Source: Thermoproteota archaeon (lineage in GTDB: Archaea > Korarchaeota > Korarchaeia > Korarchaeales > JAOZGB01). From it: 64,000 nt of DNA. The stretch's first letter is position 1. Each line of letters begins with the position of its first letter. Shown piece after piece: positions 37,643 through 47,325 of this stretch. The notes beneath the pieces were generated by a model. That model worked only from the letters and a program-made list of their open reading frames with translations, ran no database searches and was not told where the DNA came from. The stretch covers positions 364,699 to 428,698 of the forward strand of contig JAVCBU010000006.1 of NCBI GenBank assembly GCA_037917685.1, read 5' to 3'. Both the position numbers and the translations under genes were made by a program.

Positions 37643-38383
37643 GTGTCTATCATGGACGCAATTGTGGTTGAAGGCTTGACTAAGAGGTTCAACGGTTTCA
37701 CAGCCGTTGATCATATAAACTTCACCGTCAAAAAGGGGATAATATACGGGTTTCTCGGGCCTAATGGGGCCGGAAAGACAACTACTTTAAGAATGCTTTC
37801 AACTGTGCTTAAACCAACAAGCGGAACTGCTAAGATCCTCGGATACGACATAGTCAAGCAAAAGGAAAAGGTGAGAGAGGTAATAGGACTAGTTCCCGAA
37901 GAGACAGGCGTGTATGACCGGCTTACACCAGTGGAGAATCTCCTATTCTACGGGAAGATCCGAGGACTACAGGAGGGAAAGCTCAGGGACAGGATAAAAG
38001 ATCTACTTGAAAGACTATCCCTATGGGAGAAGAGGAACGAGCTGGCAGGTAAGCTTTCAAAGGGGATGAAGAGAAAGCTTGCGTTTGCAAGGGCAATAAT
38101 CCACAATCCCCCTGTCCTATTCCTAGATGAGCCGACCCTAGGTGTTGATGTGATGAGCGCAAGAGAGATAAGAGAGATGGTGAAAGAGATGGTGAGAGAA
38201 GGTAGGACAGTGGTTTTGTCAAGCCACAACCTTTGGGAAGTACAGAACTTGTGTAGCGAACTATCCATAATAAACAAGGGCAAAATAATATACTCTGGGA
38301 GTATAGAGAACCTAGAGGGATTATCTAAGAGTAAAGAGCTTGAGGAATTATTTGTGAGGCTTATAAGAGGTGAAGTGGCATGA
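37643..38383 (+). CDS. ABC exporter ATP-binding subunit (NatA/DrrA type)
   Basis: GPNGAGKTT, LSKGMKRK, FLDEPT, SSHNL. Confidence 0.95.
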   Translation: MSIMDAIVVEGLTKRFNGFTAVDHINFTVKKGIIYGFLGPNGAGKTTTLRMLSTVLKPTSGTAKILGYDIVKQKEKVREVIGLVPEETGVYDRLTPVENLLFYGKIRGLQEGKLRDRIKDLLERLSLWEKRNELAGKLSKGMKRKLAFARAIIHNPPVLFLDEPTLGVDVMSAREIREMVKEMVREGRTVVLSSHNLWEVQNLCSELSIINKGKIIYSGSIENLEGLSKSKELEELFVRLIRGEVA

Positions 38384-39621
38384 GGAGGAAGAGGATGATA
38401 ACAGCTTTTATCGGGGAACTCGGGTTCAAGCTTCCGGACAACAAGCTCCTAATAATAGTATGGAGGGAGCTCCTAGACGCCCTTAGAGATAGAAGAACTA
38501 TAATAGCTGCATTCATACTTCCAATCATAACCATACCAGTCTTTATGAACCTACCCCTGTTTTTCATGTCACCAACAAGAAACCCGGCGAGGACTGGTAT
38601 AGTTAACCTAGATCCACAGGCCAGCTTTCTAGTTGAAGCGCTAAACGAAACCCTAACCCTAACAGTATTCAACGTGGATCCGAAATCAAATCATACAGCA
38701 CTAGTCCAGGAGAACATTTATGACCTAATAGTGATTATACCAGAAGGCTTTACCCACAAGATTACGGGCGGGGAATCTGTAAACCTAACAGTTATCTACG
38801 ACCCCTCAAGCATGGTGTCAGAGACAGGTAGAACAACAGTCACAGTGATAGTAAACGAGATATCCAAGTCTATAACGTATCAGAGGCTATCCAAGCTTAA
38901 CATTTCCAGGGAGATCATAGAACCCATAAAAATATCAAGCATAACAGTCAGGAAAGTAGGATTCGGCGAGGTTATGGCTTCAATAATGCTCCCAATATTC
39001 GTTGCGGTTTTCTCTGTAGCTGGAGCCGCAAGCTTCGTATTCGACTCTACAGCCGGTGAAAAGGAGCGGAGAACACTTGAAGTCCTCATCTCAAGCCCCA
39101 CACCAAGCAGAACGCTAATAGCGGGGAAGTATCTTAGTGCAACTCTAATAACACTGATAATAGGGATCCTAACAGCATTAAGCCTGATACTAAGTATGCA
39201 GATACAAATAAGCCTCTTCCAAACAGGCGAGGCTTCAGCAGCATTTCTCAAGTTCTCACCCAGCCTTGTAGCAGGGCTACTAGCATCGGTAGTCATCGGG
39301 GGACTAACAGGAAACGCCCTCACCATGGCCCTCGGCGTGTTCGCGAAGAGCTTCAGGGAGGCCCAGCAATACTTCGGCGCGTTGAACACAATAATAATGG
39401 TGCCAGCAATAATAGTAGCGTATCTACCCCCAAGAATGCTCAACTTCACCCTATACCTACCTATAGCCTCCCTTGTGGCTATACTAAGGAAAATAATAGT
39501 TAAAACAGCCACCATACCCAACATAGTGGTGGCATACGGGGTTTCAATCATCTACCTGGTAATCTTCATTTGGACAGCGGTGAAGCTATTCAGAAGCGAA
39601 AGGGTGCTCTTCCGAGTATAA
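38380..39621 (+). CDS. ABC-2 permease (NatB type)
   Basis: RELLDALRDRR, AGEKERRTLEVL, GKYL, AKSFREAQ. Confidence 0.92.
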   Translation: MRRKRMITAFIGELGFKLPDNKLLIIVWRELLDALRDRRTIIAAFILPIITIPVFMNLPLFFMSPTRNPARTGIVNLDPQASFLVEALNETLTLTVFNVDPKSNHTALVQENIYDLIVIIPEGFTHKITGGESVNLTVIYDPSSMVSETGRTTVTVIVNEISKSITYQRLSKLNISREIIEPIKISSITVRKVGFGEVMASIMLPIFVAVFSVAGAASFVFDSTAGEKERRTLEVLISSPTPSRTLIAGKYLSATLITLIIGILTALSLILSMQIQISLFQTGEASAAFLKFSPSLVAGLLASVVIGGLTGNALTMALGVFAKSFREAQQYFGALNTIIMVPAIIVAYLPPRMLNFTLYLPIASLVAILRKIIVKTATIPNIVVAYGVSIIYLVIFIWTAVKLFRSERVLFRV

Positions 39622-39652
39622 ATTTAAGAGGATAGTAGAGGATAGACAGATT

Positions 39653-40321
39653 ATGAGAGTTACCTACCTTGGCCATGCAGCCTTTAAAGTAGTGTTAAAC
39701 GGTAAAACCCTCCTATTTGACCCATGGCTTACGGGAAACCCGGCCGCCCCCCTGAAGGTTGAAGACGTAAAGGAGGCTGACTACATATTTGTAAGCCATG
39801 ATCACGGAGACCACGGGTTAGAGGATGCTGTAAAGATTTCCAAGAAGACGGGAGCACCCATAGTAGCGATCTTCGAGGTTGCAAATAAAGCGTCCGGTAT
39901 GGGTGCCAAAACCGTTGACGGAAACATAGGAGGGCCTATAAGGATAGACGGACTCAAAGTTGTAATAACAGAGGCTGTGCACTCCTCAGCAAGCGGGTCG
40001 CCAACCGGCTTTGTTGTGAAAGCCGGGGGCGAAGCACTATACCATGCGGGAGACACAGGCCTGTTCTCAGGTATGGAGCTCATAGGAAGACTTTACGAGT
40101 TAAAGGTAGCACTACTACCCATAGGAGGACACTACACCATGGGTCCCAGAGAAGCCGCTATAGCAGCAAGCCTACTTAGGCCGGAGTACGTGGTGCCTAT
40201 GCACTACGCAACTTTCCCGGTTCTATGGGGAACCCCAGAGATATTCAAGGAGGAGCTTGAAAAAACGTATCCCAAGGCTAAGCTGGTGGTTCTCAAGCCA
40301 GGCGAGACAGCTGAGATATAG
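39653..40321 (+). CDS. UPF0173 metallo-beta-lactamase-fold hydrolase
   Basis: YLGHA, DPW, SHDHGDH, YHAGDT, PIGGHYTM, PMHY. Confidence 0.94.
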   Translation: MRVTYLGHAAFKVVLNGKTLLFDPWLTGNPAAPLKVEDVKEADYIFVSHDHGDHGLEDAVKISKKTGAPIVAIFEVANKASGMGAKTVDGNIGGPIRIDGLKVVITEAVHSSASGSPTGFVVKAGGEALYHAGDTGLFSGMELIGRLYELKVALLPIGGHYTMGPREAAIAASLLRPEYVVPMHYATFPVLWGTPEIFKEELEKTYPKAKLVVLKPGETAEI

Positions 40322-40358
40322 CTCGATAAGAATATAAGCAGGATAGGAGTAGGTATAG

Positions 40359-40413
40359 TGGGATGATGAATCGGAAGATCCCGATCAATGACGAATTTGC
40401 CGATTTCTGACCA
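40359..40413 (+). ncRNA. C/D-box methylation guide sRNA
   Basis: C box ATGATGA 40363-40369; 11-nt guide; D' CCGA 40381-40384; C' ATGACGA 40388-40394; 12-nt guide ATTTGCCGATTT; D box CTGA 40407-40410; short terminal stem; AATATAAG about 25 nt upstream. Confidence 0.9.
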
Positions 40414-40561
40414 TCATTAGCCATTCACATTTAGACAGGGTAATAACCCGCTTATACCAGCCTTAAGCATGTTATAAAGCTGGAAATCAGGTCTGAAGGT
40501 TCTCCCACCAATAGATACTTTTATTTTTATCCCAGCTCTAAACTATTGGGTGAAGCGTTAG

Positions 40562-41857
40562 GTGGTTATTGTTAAGCAAACCTTCAGAGAGGCCGCCTAC
40601 GACTTTTCCACGTGGACCGGGTTCATACCCGAGTCTGAGATTAGGCGGCTCCTCCGATACCAGGTAAAATACTATTTTGGCGGCGGTAAACCTGGTATTG
40701 TTCCGGTTGAAGCTTTCGCCAAGATTTTAAAAGAACTGTCTGAGAGGCAGCTTAAAGACGTGGCTCAAGGGAATACTTTGAAAGTTGTAAACGAATACAA
40801 CTACGGCCCAACCCAGGGTATTCAAGGCTTCAGAGAGGTCCTCGCAAGAAGGCTGAGACGTGTCGATAACCTTGACATCACGGCTGACGACATCCTAGTA
40901 ACCACAGGCTCACAGCAGTGCCTATACGCTATCCTAGACGTGCTAATAGACCCGGGAGACGTCATCATCACCACCGCACCTGTCTACCTAGGTTTTGTCA
41001 CGCCCGCCGAGAAGCTAGGCGCACAGGTAATTTGCGTGCCAACCGATCTAGAGGGTATAATCCCTGAGTATGTGGAGGAAGCGATTCTCAAATCTATCAG
41101 AGACTTCGCTAAGAAGCCCGAAATAATATATGTCGTTCCGGACTCGGACAATCCTAAGGGCACAACCATGCCCTATAAAAGGCGTGAAACACTATTCGAG
41201 ATAGCAGAGGAATATAACATCCTAATAATAGAAGACGCAGCCTACAGGGAAATACAGTTCGCTGAGCTGAAGCTTCCAGCGATAAAGACATTCGACGAGT
41301 ACAATACTAGGGTTGCATATCTAAGGACAACGTCTAAGGAGGCTGCAGTCTTCAGGGTAGGATACTCGGTAATGCCCAAGAAGCTCATGGAACAAGTCGT
41401 CAAGGACAAAGGGTTCCTGGACCTTTGCACAGCAACCATTGTTCAGGAAATTCTGTCGATATACTACGAAAAATACATAGACAAGGTTCTGCCAGAGATA
41501 GTCAGGGGTTACAAGGAGAGGAGAGACGATATGGTAAAGACTATAGATGAATACTTCCCAGCAGGCCTTAGAACAGACCCTACAGGAGGTTTCTTCGTAT
41601 GGTGGGAGTCTGAAAACGACGGATTCGACTCCAAAAAGTTCCTGGAGCGTGTAGCAATTCCAAATGATATTTTGTACGTGCCGGGGCACGCGTTCTACCC
41701 GTTGAGAGGGCTGTTCTACAATCCGTCTAACAGGGAGTTCACAAGGCTTAACGTGCCGCGGAATGCCATGAGGATAAACTATAGCTTCCCCACTCCACAA
41801 CTTATTAGAGAGGGGATATCAAGACTGGGTAGCCTGTTAAAGAAGGAGCTGGGATGA
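40562..41857 (+). CDS. Class I/II PLP aminotransferase (ARO8/LysN-like)
   Basis: YGPTQG, TTGSQQ, NPKGTT, IEDAAY, TTSKE..RVGY, GGFFVW. Confidence 0.9.
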   Translation: MVIVKQTFREAAYDFSTWTGFIPESEIRRLLRYQVKYYFGGGKPGIVPVEAFAKILKELSERQLKDVAQGNTLKVVNEYNYGPTQGIQGFREVLARRLRRVDNLDITADDILVTTGSQQCLYAILDVLIDPGDVIITTAPVYLGFVTPAEKLGAQVICVPTDLEGIIPEYVEEAILKSIRDFAKKPEIIYVVPDSDNPKGTTMPYKRRETLFEIAEEYNILIIEDAAYREIQFAELKLPAIKTFDEYNTRVAYLRTTSKEAAVFRVGYSVMPKKLMEQVVKDKGFLDLCTATIVQEILSIYYEKYIDKVLPEIVRGYKERRDDMVKTIDEYFPAGLRTDPTGGFFVWWESENDGFDSKKFLERVAIPNDILYVPGHAFYPLRGLFYNPSNREFTRLNVPRNAMRINYSFPTPQLIREGISRLGSLLKKELG

Positions 41858-42017
41858 AATACTGGTGTAAGCCCAAGCTTTATTACTTACAGTCCACGAT
41901 TGAAGGCTGCATTCAAGAGCTCGGGTTCCCCCTTGGATTTGCTGCTACACGTGCATTCGATGTGAGAGGGACGAAATGGTTTAGCTTTATCTTAAAACGA
42001 AGTGTCCATATAATGTA

Positions 42018-42746
42018 ATGCTTGAGATTGAAGATCTCTGGGTATCAGTTGGGAACAGAACAGTTCTGAGGGGTGTAAATCTCTCTATTCCCAAGGGCGA
42101 AGTTCACGTGTTGTTCGGTCCAAACGGCTCCGGGAAATCAACCCTGATTTACTCAGTGCTTGGTTTTAAAGGCTATAATGTTGTGAGGGGTCGTATATCC
42201 TTTAAAGGGGTAGACATCACCAACATGCCTATAAATGAAAGGGTAAAGCTTGGCCTAGGCGTAGCGTTCCAGAAGCCCCCCGTTATGAAGGGTGTCAAAC
42301 TCATCGACGTTTTAAATGCGGTTGGGAAAACCTTTAACAGGAAGATAGACGTTAACAAAATACTGAAAGACGTAGAGCTCGATAAAGGCTTCCTTAAGAG
42401 AGATCTTAACAGGGGGTTCTCAGGTGGCGAGTCTAAGAAGGCTGAGGTAGTCCAGCTTCTAGCAATGAACCCTGACTTCCTGATTCTGGACGAGCCGGAC
42501 TCCGGGGTAGACGTTGAAAACGTAGAGAGGCTTGGAAGAATCTTAAACAGGCAGCTCAGGGGTAAATCAGGGCTAATAATAACCCATCAAGGCTTCATCC
42601 TGAAATACATTGATGTAGACCTTGCCCATGTCATGATAGACGGGGAGATCGTATGTAGCGGAGACCCAGACAGAACCCTTAGCCAGATACTAAGCATGGG
42701 ATATGGATGGTGTGAGAAATGCAAAGGTCTAAGGAGGAAGTTATGA
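42018..42746 (+). CDS. sufC: Fe-S assembly ATPase SufC/SmsC
   Basis: GPNGSGKST, LNRGFSGGE, LDEPDSGVD, ITHQG, C-terminal IVCSG..WCEKC. Confidence 0.93.
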   Translation: MLEIEDLWVSVGNRTVLRGVNLSIPKGEVHVLFGPNGSGKSTLIYSVLGFKGYNVVRGRISFKGVDITNMPINERVKLGLGVAFQKPPVMKGVKLIDVLNAVGKTFNRKIDVNKILKDVELDKGFLKRDLNRGFSGGESKKAEVVQLLAMNPDFLILDEPDSGVDVENVERLGRILNRQLRGKSGLIITHQGFILKYIDVDLAHVMIDGEIVCSGDPDRTLSQILSMGYGWCEKCKGLRRKL

Positions 42747-43921
42747 AGGCATTAAGCATACCATCAAGGTATGGTCCAGACATAGACGTCAACATGTACA
42801 GCCCTTCAAGAAGCAGCTATGCATCAGTAACTGAGGAAATGACCCTCAGGGCCCTCGACGTTGGTGTAACAGCTGAGGGGCGCGCTGGCACCTACTTCCA
42901 GGTTGACAGCTCCACCGTAAAGGAATCTGTTGAAGAGATGTACCATGGCAAAGTAGAGATATCAAGTATCAAAGAAGCTCTTAGAAACCATACTTGGCTT
43001 AAAGAATACTACTGGAAGGCAGTAGACCCAGCAGCCGATAAGTATACAGCTACAGCATACTTTGAGGGGGTGCTAGGGTACTTCATAAGGATAAGAGAGG
43101 GAGAAAAGGTGGATCTACCGGTTCAATCATGCCTATACATGGCATCCCAGGGGGGAAGACAGGTAGTACACAACATCATAGTAGCCGAGCCGGGCTCGGA
43201 GGCACACCTGATAACAGGCTGCGTAACAGGCAAACAGGTGGATACCGGGCTCCATATAGGCGTATCAGAGTTCTACGTTGGGAGAGATGCCCACCTAACG
43301 TTCACCATGTTCCACGACTGGGGCCGAAACCTCCACGTGAGACCAAGAACCGGGATCATACTTGAAAATGGGGCGAGCTTCACCAGTAACTACATACTCC
43401 TCAGACCTGTAGGCAGCGTCCAGACATACCCCTACGCATTTTGCAGTGGAGACTCATGTGCTGTAAGGTTCACATCGCTAATCTACGGAGCCTCATCATC
43501 AATCATAGATGTCGGGGCAAAGGCGATCCTTAAAGGCGAAGACTCGAAGGCTGAGATAATTTCAAGAGTAATAGCAACAGAACATTCCAAGATATACGCC
43601 AGAGGGTTACTGAAAGGCTTAAACAAATCTTCAAGAGGGCATCTCGAATGTTCAGGCCTACTTCTATCGGAGAATGCCGAGATACACGCTATTCCGGAGC
43701 TGCAGGGCATAGCGATGGGCGCGAACCTGACACACGAGGCAGCCATCGGAAAAATAGCCGAGGAGGAGATACAGTACCTTATGGCCCGGGGTCTAAGCGA
43801 GGAGGAGGCAACGAGCCTTCTAATAAGAGGTTTCATGGATGTGGAAATCCTCGGACTACCACCACACCTCACAAGGCAGGTAGACCTGATGATTAGCAAA
43901 GTTTTAAAGGGAGCATTCTAG
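42719..43921 (+). CDS. sufB: Fe-S assembly scaffold SufB/SmsB
   Basis: VHNIIVAE, GVSEFYV, GHLECSGLL, HAIPEL, THEAAIGKIAEEEIQYLMARG. Confidence 0.93.
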   Translation: MQRSKEEVMKALSIPSRYGPDIDVNMYSPSRSSYASVTEEMTLRALDVGVTAEGRAGTYFQVDSSTVKESVEEMYHGKVEISSIKEALRNHTWLKEYYWKAVDPAADKYTATAYFEGVLGYFIRIREGEKVDLPVQSCLYMASQGGRQVVHNIIVAEPGSEAHLITGCVTGKQVDTGLHIGVSEFYVGRDAHLTFTMFHDWGRNLHVRPRTGIILENGASFTSNYILLRPVGSVQTYPYAFCSGDSCAVRFTSLIYGASSSIIDVGAKAILKGEDSKAEIISRVIATEHSKIYARGLLKGLNKSSRGHLECSGLLLSENAEIHAIPELQGIAMGANLTHEAAIGKIAEEEIQYLMARGLSEEEATSLLIRGFMDVEILGLPPHLTRQVDLMISKVLKGAF

Positions 43922-44598
43922 CCTTGCCCTCCTAAAGCCTCTTCATACGCGCATAGAAGCTTACATAGCACCACCCAGGCGTCTAGGGGCCTCTCGTACA
44001 CTGAAACTTTGTAGTCAGCTCTATCCAGAACCCTTTCAGGTAGTTCACCGTGGGGAAACGCGCCGACTACTACTAGGGGGTTTTTAACCTGGCTGAACAG
44101 TTGCCTAAGCTTTCCAGGTGGGTAGTAGTCCCCCTTCTCGGTGAAAGCTATAACTTCGTACCCTGGAAACCTGTCGAAAACATCCGATATTTCGCCTTTC
44201 TCCGCCTCCATCAGCGGCTCCCCAGTCGGCGGTACCCTCCCCAGTCTAAGGAGCTGGCTCATGAGCCCCTTAAACCTTTCATAGTGTCTAGGGAGCCTAA
44301 CGTTATCGCCGATCCTTATGATTATGTCCCTGCAGGTGTGCACTATTATCCTAAGCTTCCCCTCCCTGTACAGCGGAGAGCCTGTCAAGGTTAGAAGGCA
44401 GAAATGGACGATGTCAGGTCTACCTCTCCGCCTCCAGCCCTTAAGAGTCTTCATCGCTGTGTGATGCAGGGAATCATCAAGGATAATATTGAGGGGAGAT
44501 GTACCCCTGCGCCTTGCATGCCGCACTATTATCGGGTGATAAGCTATCTTCACTGGGACTGTTTCAAGTGAGGCATCGGCAAGTACAACTGTAAGCAT
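43918..44598 (-). CDS. nep1: rRNA pseudouridine N1-methyltransferase Nep1/Emg1
   Basis: RGRPDIVHFCLL, RLPRHYERFKGLM, VGAFPHG. Confidence 0.95.
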   Translation of the reverse strand: MLTVVLADASLETVPVKIAYHPIIVRHARRRGTSPLNIILDDSLHHTAMKTLKGWRRRGRPDIVHFCLLTLTGSPLYREGKLRIIVHTCRDIIIRIGDNVRLPRHYERFKGLMSQLLRLGRVPPTGEPLMEAEKGEISDVFDRFPGYEVIAFTEKGDYYPPGKLRQLFSQVKNPLVVVGAFPHGELPERVLDRADYKVSVYERPLDAWVVLCKLLCAYEEALGGQG

Positions 44599-44600
44599 TG

Positions 44601-45920
44601 CTATCTTATCCTAATATACTCGTAAGCCTTTTTCGACGGTTCAAAGCAGTACTTAACCTCCTGGAAGTCCCTTCTAAACTCCCTGACATCATCCGCAACC
44701 TTCCCGGGATCCTCCTTGTCGATGATAACTCTCTTGATGAAGCTGGCTACATCCTTCATATCCTCCTCTCTCATGCCTAGCCTTGTGATCTCCGAGGTTC
44801 CAAGCCTTATGCCTCCAGGCTTTCTAAAGTCCCTCCCCATCTTTATGTCCCATGGAAGCAGGTTTCTATTTACGATTATCCCAGCATCCTCCAAGGCCTT
44901 CTCAGCCCATGCACCATCACCGTACTCGGAGATGTCCACTAGGATTGTATGGCTCTCCGTGAAGCCTCTATCCGCTGCTACAACCTTAAACCCTATGTCA
45001 TATAGCGCCTGGCCCAAGGCCTTAGCATTCTTTATAACCTGCCCCGCATACTCCCTGCCAAACTCCAGGAACTCCGCCGCCGCCACCGCCAAGGCTGCAA
45101 CGTTATGCAGATGGTGGTTACTTGTAACCCCCGGGAACACAGCCTTCTTAATCTTCTCCATATGCTCATCATTATCTGTTATAATCCCACCATGCTGCGG
45201 CCCGAACAGTGTCTTATGCGTGGAAAAGGACACAGTGTCAGCCCCCTCCTTAAGCGGGTCTTGGAAGTAGCCTGCAGCTATAAGTCCTGCGACATGTGCA
45301 GCGTCATAGTTCACAATAGCCCCAACCTCCCTGGCAGCCTCAGATATTTCCCTAACTGGATCCGGGAATAGGAACACGCTCGCGCCAAGCATTATAAGCT
45401 TTGGCTTATACTTCCTGATCCTCTCAACAGTTCTGTCAACGTCAACCTCCATCTTTTCATAGTCAACCGCAAGGTACTCCACGTTTAGCCCGTGAACAGC
45501 ACCAGCAGTCCCTCCAATGTGGGTTCCCTTCTTCCCTATAAGAGGGCCCATGCTGATATGGCCGCCTGAAACTATGCTTCTAGCCATCATCGTGTCTCCA
45601 GGCTTTGTGAAAGCGGTATATATGGCAAGGTTAGCCACAACGCCCGATACAGGCCTAACATCCGCGTGCTTGCATCTGAAAAGCTTTTTCACAAGCTCTA
45701 TACATAGAAGTTCAACCTGGTCTATGTACCTGCAGCCGGCGTAAACCCTTTCGCCAGGCCATCCCTCAGCATACCTGTGGCTGAAATCACATACCTCAGC
45801 CTCCTTAACAGCCGGGGAGACAATATTCTCCGAAGCTATTAGGGGAATGGCGCCCTCAAACCACCTGTGATGCTCCTCAAGAAGGCTGAAAACCTTATCA
45901 TAGTAATCCCTACCGCTCAC
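44601..45920 (-). CDS. glyA: Serine hydroxymethyltransferase
   Basis: LIASEN, RYAEG, YDAAHVAGL, STHKTLFGPQHG, SNHH, GIRLGT; GTG start overlaps upstream TGA. Confidence 0.97.
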   Translation of the reverse strand: MSGRDYYDKVFSLLEEHHRWFEGAIPLIASENIVSPAVKEAEVCDFSHRYAEGWPGERVYAGCRYIDQVELLCIELVKKLFRCKHADVRPVSGVVANLAIYTAFTKPGDTMMARSIVSGGHISMGPLIGKKGTHIGGTAGAVHGLNVEYLAVDYEKMEVDVDRTVERIRKYKPKLIMLGASVFLFPDPVREISEAAREVGAIVNYDAAHVAGLIAAGYFQDPLKEGADTVSFSTHKTLFGPQHGGIITDNDEHMEKIKKAVFPGVTSNHHLHNVAALAVAAAEFLEFGREYAGQVIKNAKALGQALYDIGFKVVAADRGFTESHTILVDISEYGDGAWAEKALEDAGIIVNRNLLPWDIKMGRDFRKPGGIRLGTSEITRLGMREEDMKDVASFIKRVIIDKEDPGKVADDVREFRRDFQEVKYCFEPSKKAYEYIRIR

Positions 45921-46465
45921 CCCTCCTCCACCTCACCATGCCTATAGGGCTCACCAACTATTAAGCAGTAGGGGTCACCCTTAGCGATACACTTAGGCTC
46001 CCTAGCTACAATCCTAACATCCAGCCCTGACGTGTCAGCGATAAACTGGAGTATGCCAGCGATACCACCACGCCAAGAGTGGCATACAGACCTTTCAGCT
46101 TCCTTCCACTCCTCCGCTATCGAAGCGTCGATCCTAACCTCAGCTCTTGGAGTGTCTGGGTCGAAGCTCACAATCTTAAAGCTTCCCCACCCCCTCAACG
46201 AGGCATCATGCAGGTACTTCTTCAGGATATCTCCGCCCTTAACCTTGAATATATCTGACTGGTGCTGCGCAAACATATACCCGCTCTTAAAGCCAGCCCT
46301 GTACATCACGGTCCTAGCAGCGTTAACCCCTAAAACCTCCTCGACACTCTGCTGTATGAAAGCTATATAGTTCCTAGTAGTCAATATCATAGGATAACCG
46401 TCTAAAACAAGCCTCCCATCCTCGTCGATCTTCAGCCGTAGGAGAAGATCTTTAAGCTCATCCAT
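45917..46465 (-). CDS. Standalone V4R (4VR/XylR-N, Bet3-fold) domain protein
   Basis: GRLVLDG..VMYRAGFKSG, GWG, VCH..GGIAG, E-P-K-C-x3-G-x3-C zinc-site pattern; ATG 46465 with AGGTGA SD. Confidence 0.88.
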   Translation of the reverse strand: MDELKDLLLRLKIDEDGRLVLDGYPMILTTRNYIAFIQQSVEEVLGVNAARTVMYRAGFKSGYMFAQHQSDIFKVKGGDILKKYLHDASLRGWGSFKIVSFDPDTPRAEVRIDASIAEEWKEAERSVCHSWRGGIAGILQFIADTSGLDVRIVAREPKCIAKGDPYCLIVGEPYRHGEVEEG

Positions 46466-46469
46466 AACA

Positions 46470-46817
46470 TCACCTATAAAGCTCAAGTGCAAGCTTCTTG
46501 ACAGCCATCACTGTGAGAGAAGGCTTCTCCCTGGTCAATGCAACTATAGCCCTTTCATCTCCCGCACTCGAAACGACAATGGTCCCCTCAGCACCCTCAA
46601 CCACGGCAGCCATAGTTCTACCCATCTTTAACATGTTAGAAAGCTTAATAGCCACACTCAAAAACGCTGAACCCGTGGAAACCACGTCGTCAACTGAGAC
46701 ATCCTCCGGAAGCCCCCCGGCCAAAATCATACCGTCAGGCTCCACCACTGCTACGTACTCAACCCATGGATACGACTTTTTAAACTCTCTAATAAAATAT
46801 TCAAAGTCACCTTTCAA
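46470..46817 (-). CDS. Roadblock/LC7 (MglB-like) domain protein
   Basis: 115 aa; VAVVEPDGMILA, helix, VVEGAEGTIVVSSAGDERAIVALT roadblock pattern. Confidence 0.88.
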   Translation of the reverse strand: MKGDFEYFIREFKKSYPWVEYVAVVEPDGMILAGGLPEDVSVDDVVSTGSAFLSVAIKLSNMLKMGRTMAAVVEGAEGTIVVSSAGDERAIVALTREKPSLTVMAVKKLALELYR

Positions 46818-46869
46818 CCGTTAAGCCACCCCATCAAACCACTATTTTAAAGATTAAAAAGTTTGAACC

Positions 46870-47325
46870 CTACAACTGAAGCAACCTAGCCCTCAAACTC
46901 CTTGTCAAAGAATACCTCCTCTCCCTCTCCCCACCCCCAACCTCCTCAACAATACCCTCAGACCTCAGATACTCTAGCCTCCTCGAAATAACACCCCTAG
47001 AAGCCTTCCCCCTCCTCCGTCTAACCTCCTCAGTTATCTGCGAAATATTAAGAGAGCCCTTCTCAGCGAGCACCTCAACAATATGCATAGAAATATCATC
47101 ACCAGCAATCTGAGGAAGAGACTTCAGCCTCGAAAGCTCCTCCACAAACCAGACATACCTAGAATAAAACCTGACAAGTCTCCTAACCAGGAAGAGAAGA
47201 TCCGCAACATCCTGGTCCTGCCTCCCCTCCCTGACAACCCGCTCAAGAGACTCAAGCCTCCCGGCAATCCTCTCAAGCTTCTCCTCAATCTTCCTCAGCC
47301 TTGAAGCCAAATCCTCGTCTCCCAA
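46870..47325 (-). CDS. Winged-HTH regulator with N-terminal coiled coil
   Basis: LRKIEEKLERIAGRLESLE heptads; IVEVLAEKGSLNISQITEEVRRRRGKASRGVISRRL..GIVE. Confidence 0.82.
   Translation of the reverse strand: MGDEDLASRLRKIEEKLERIAGRLESLERVVREGRQDQDVADLLFLVRRLVRFYSRYVWFVEELSRLKSLPQIAGDDISMHIVEVLAEKGSLNISQITEEVRRRRGKASRGVISRRLEYLRSEGIVEEVGGGERERRYSLTRSLRARLLQL

Noticed and set aside
40426-40484. Two small hairpins after the C/D sRNA (GGGT..ACCC; CCAGC..GCTGG) as an H/ACA RNA or riboswitch
   Set aside because: No convincing ACA box, K-turn or known aptamer consensus
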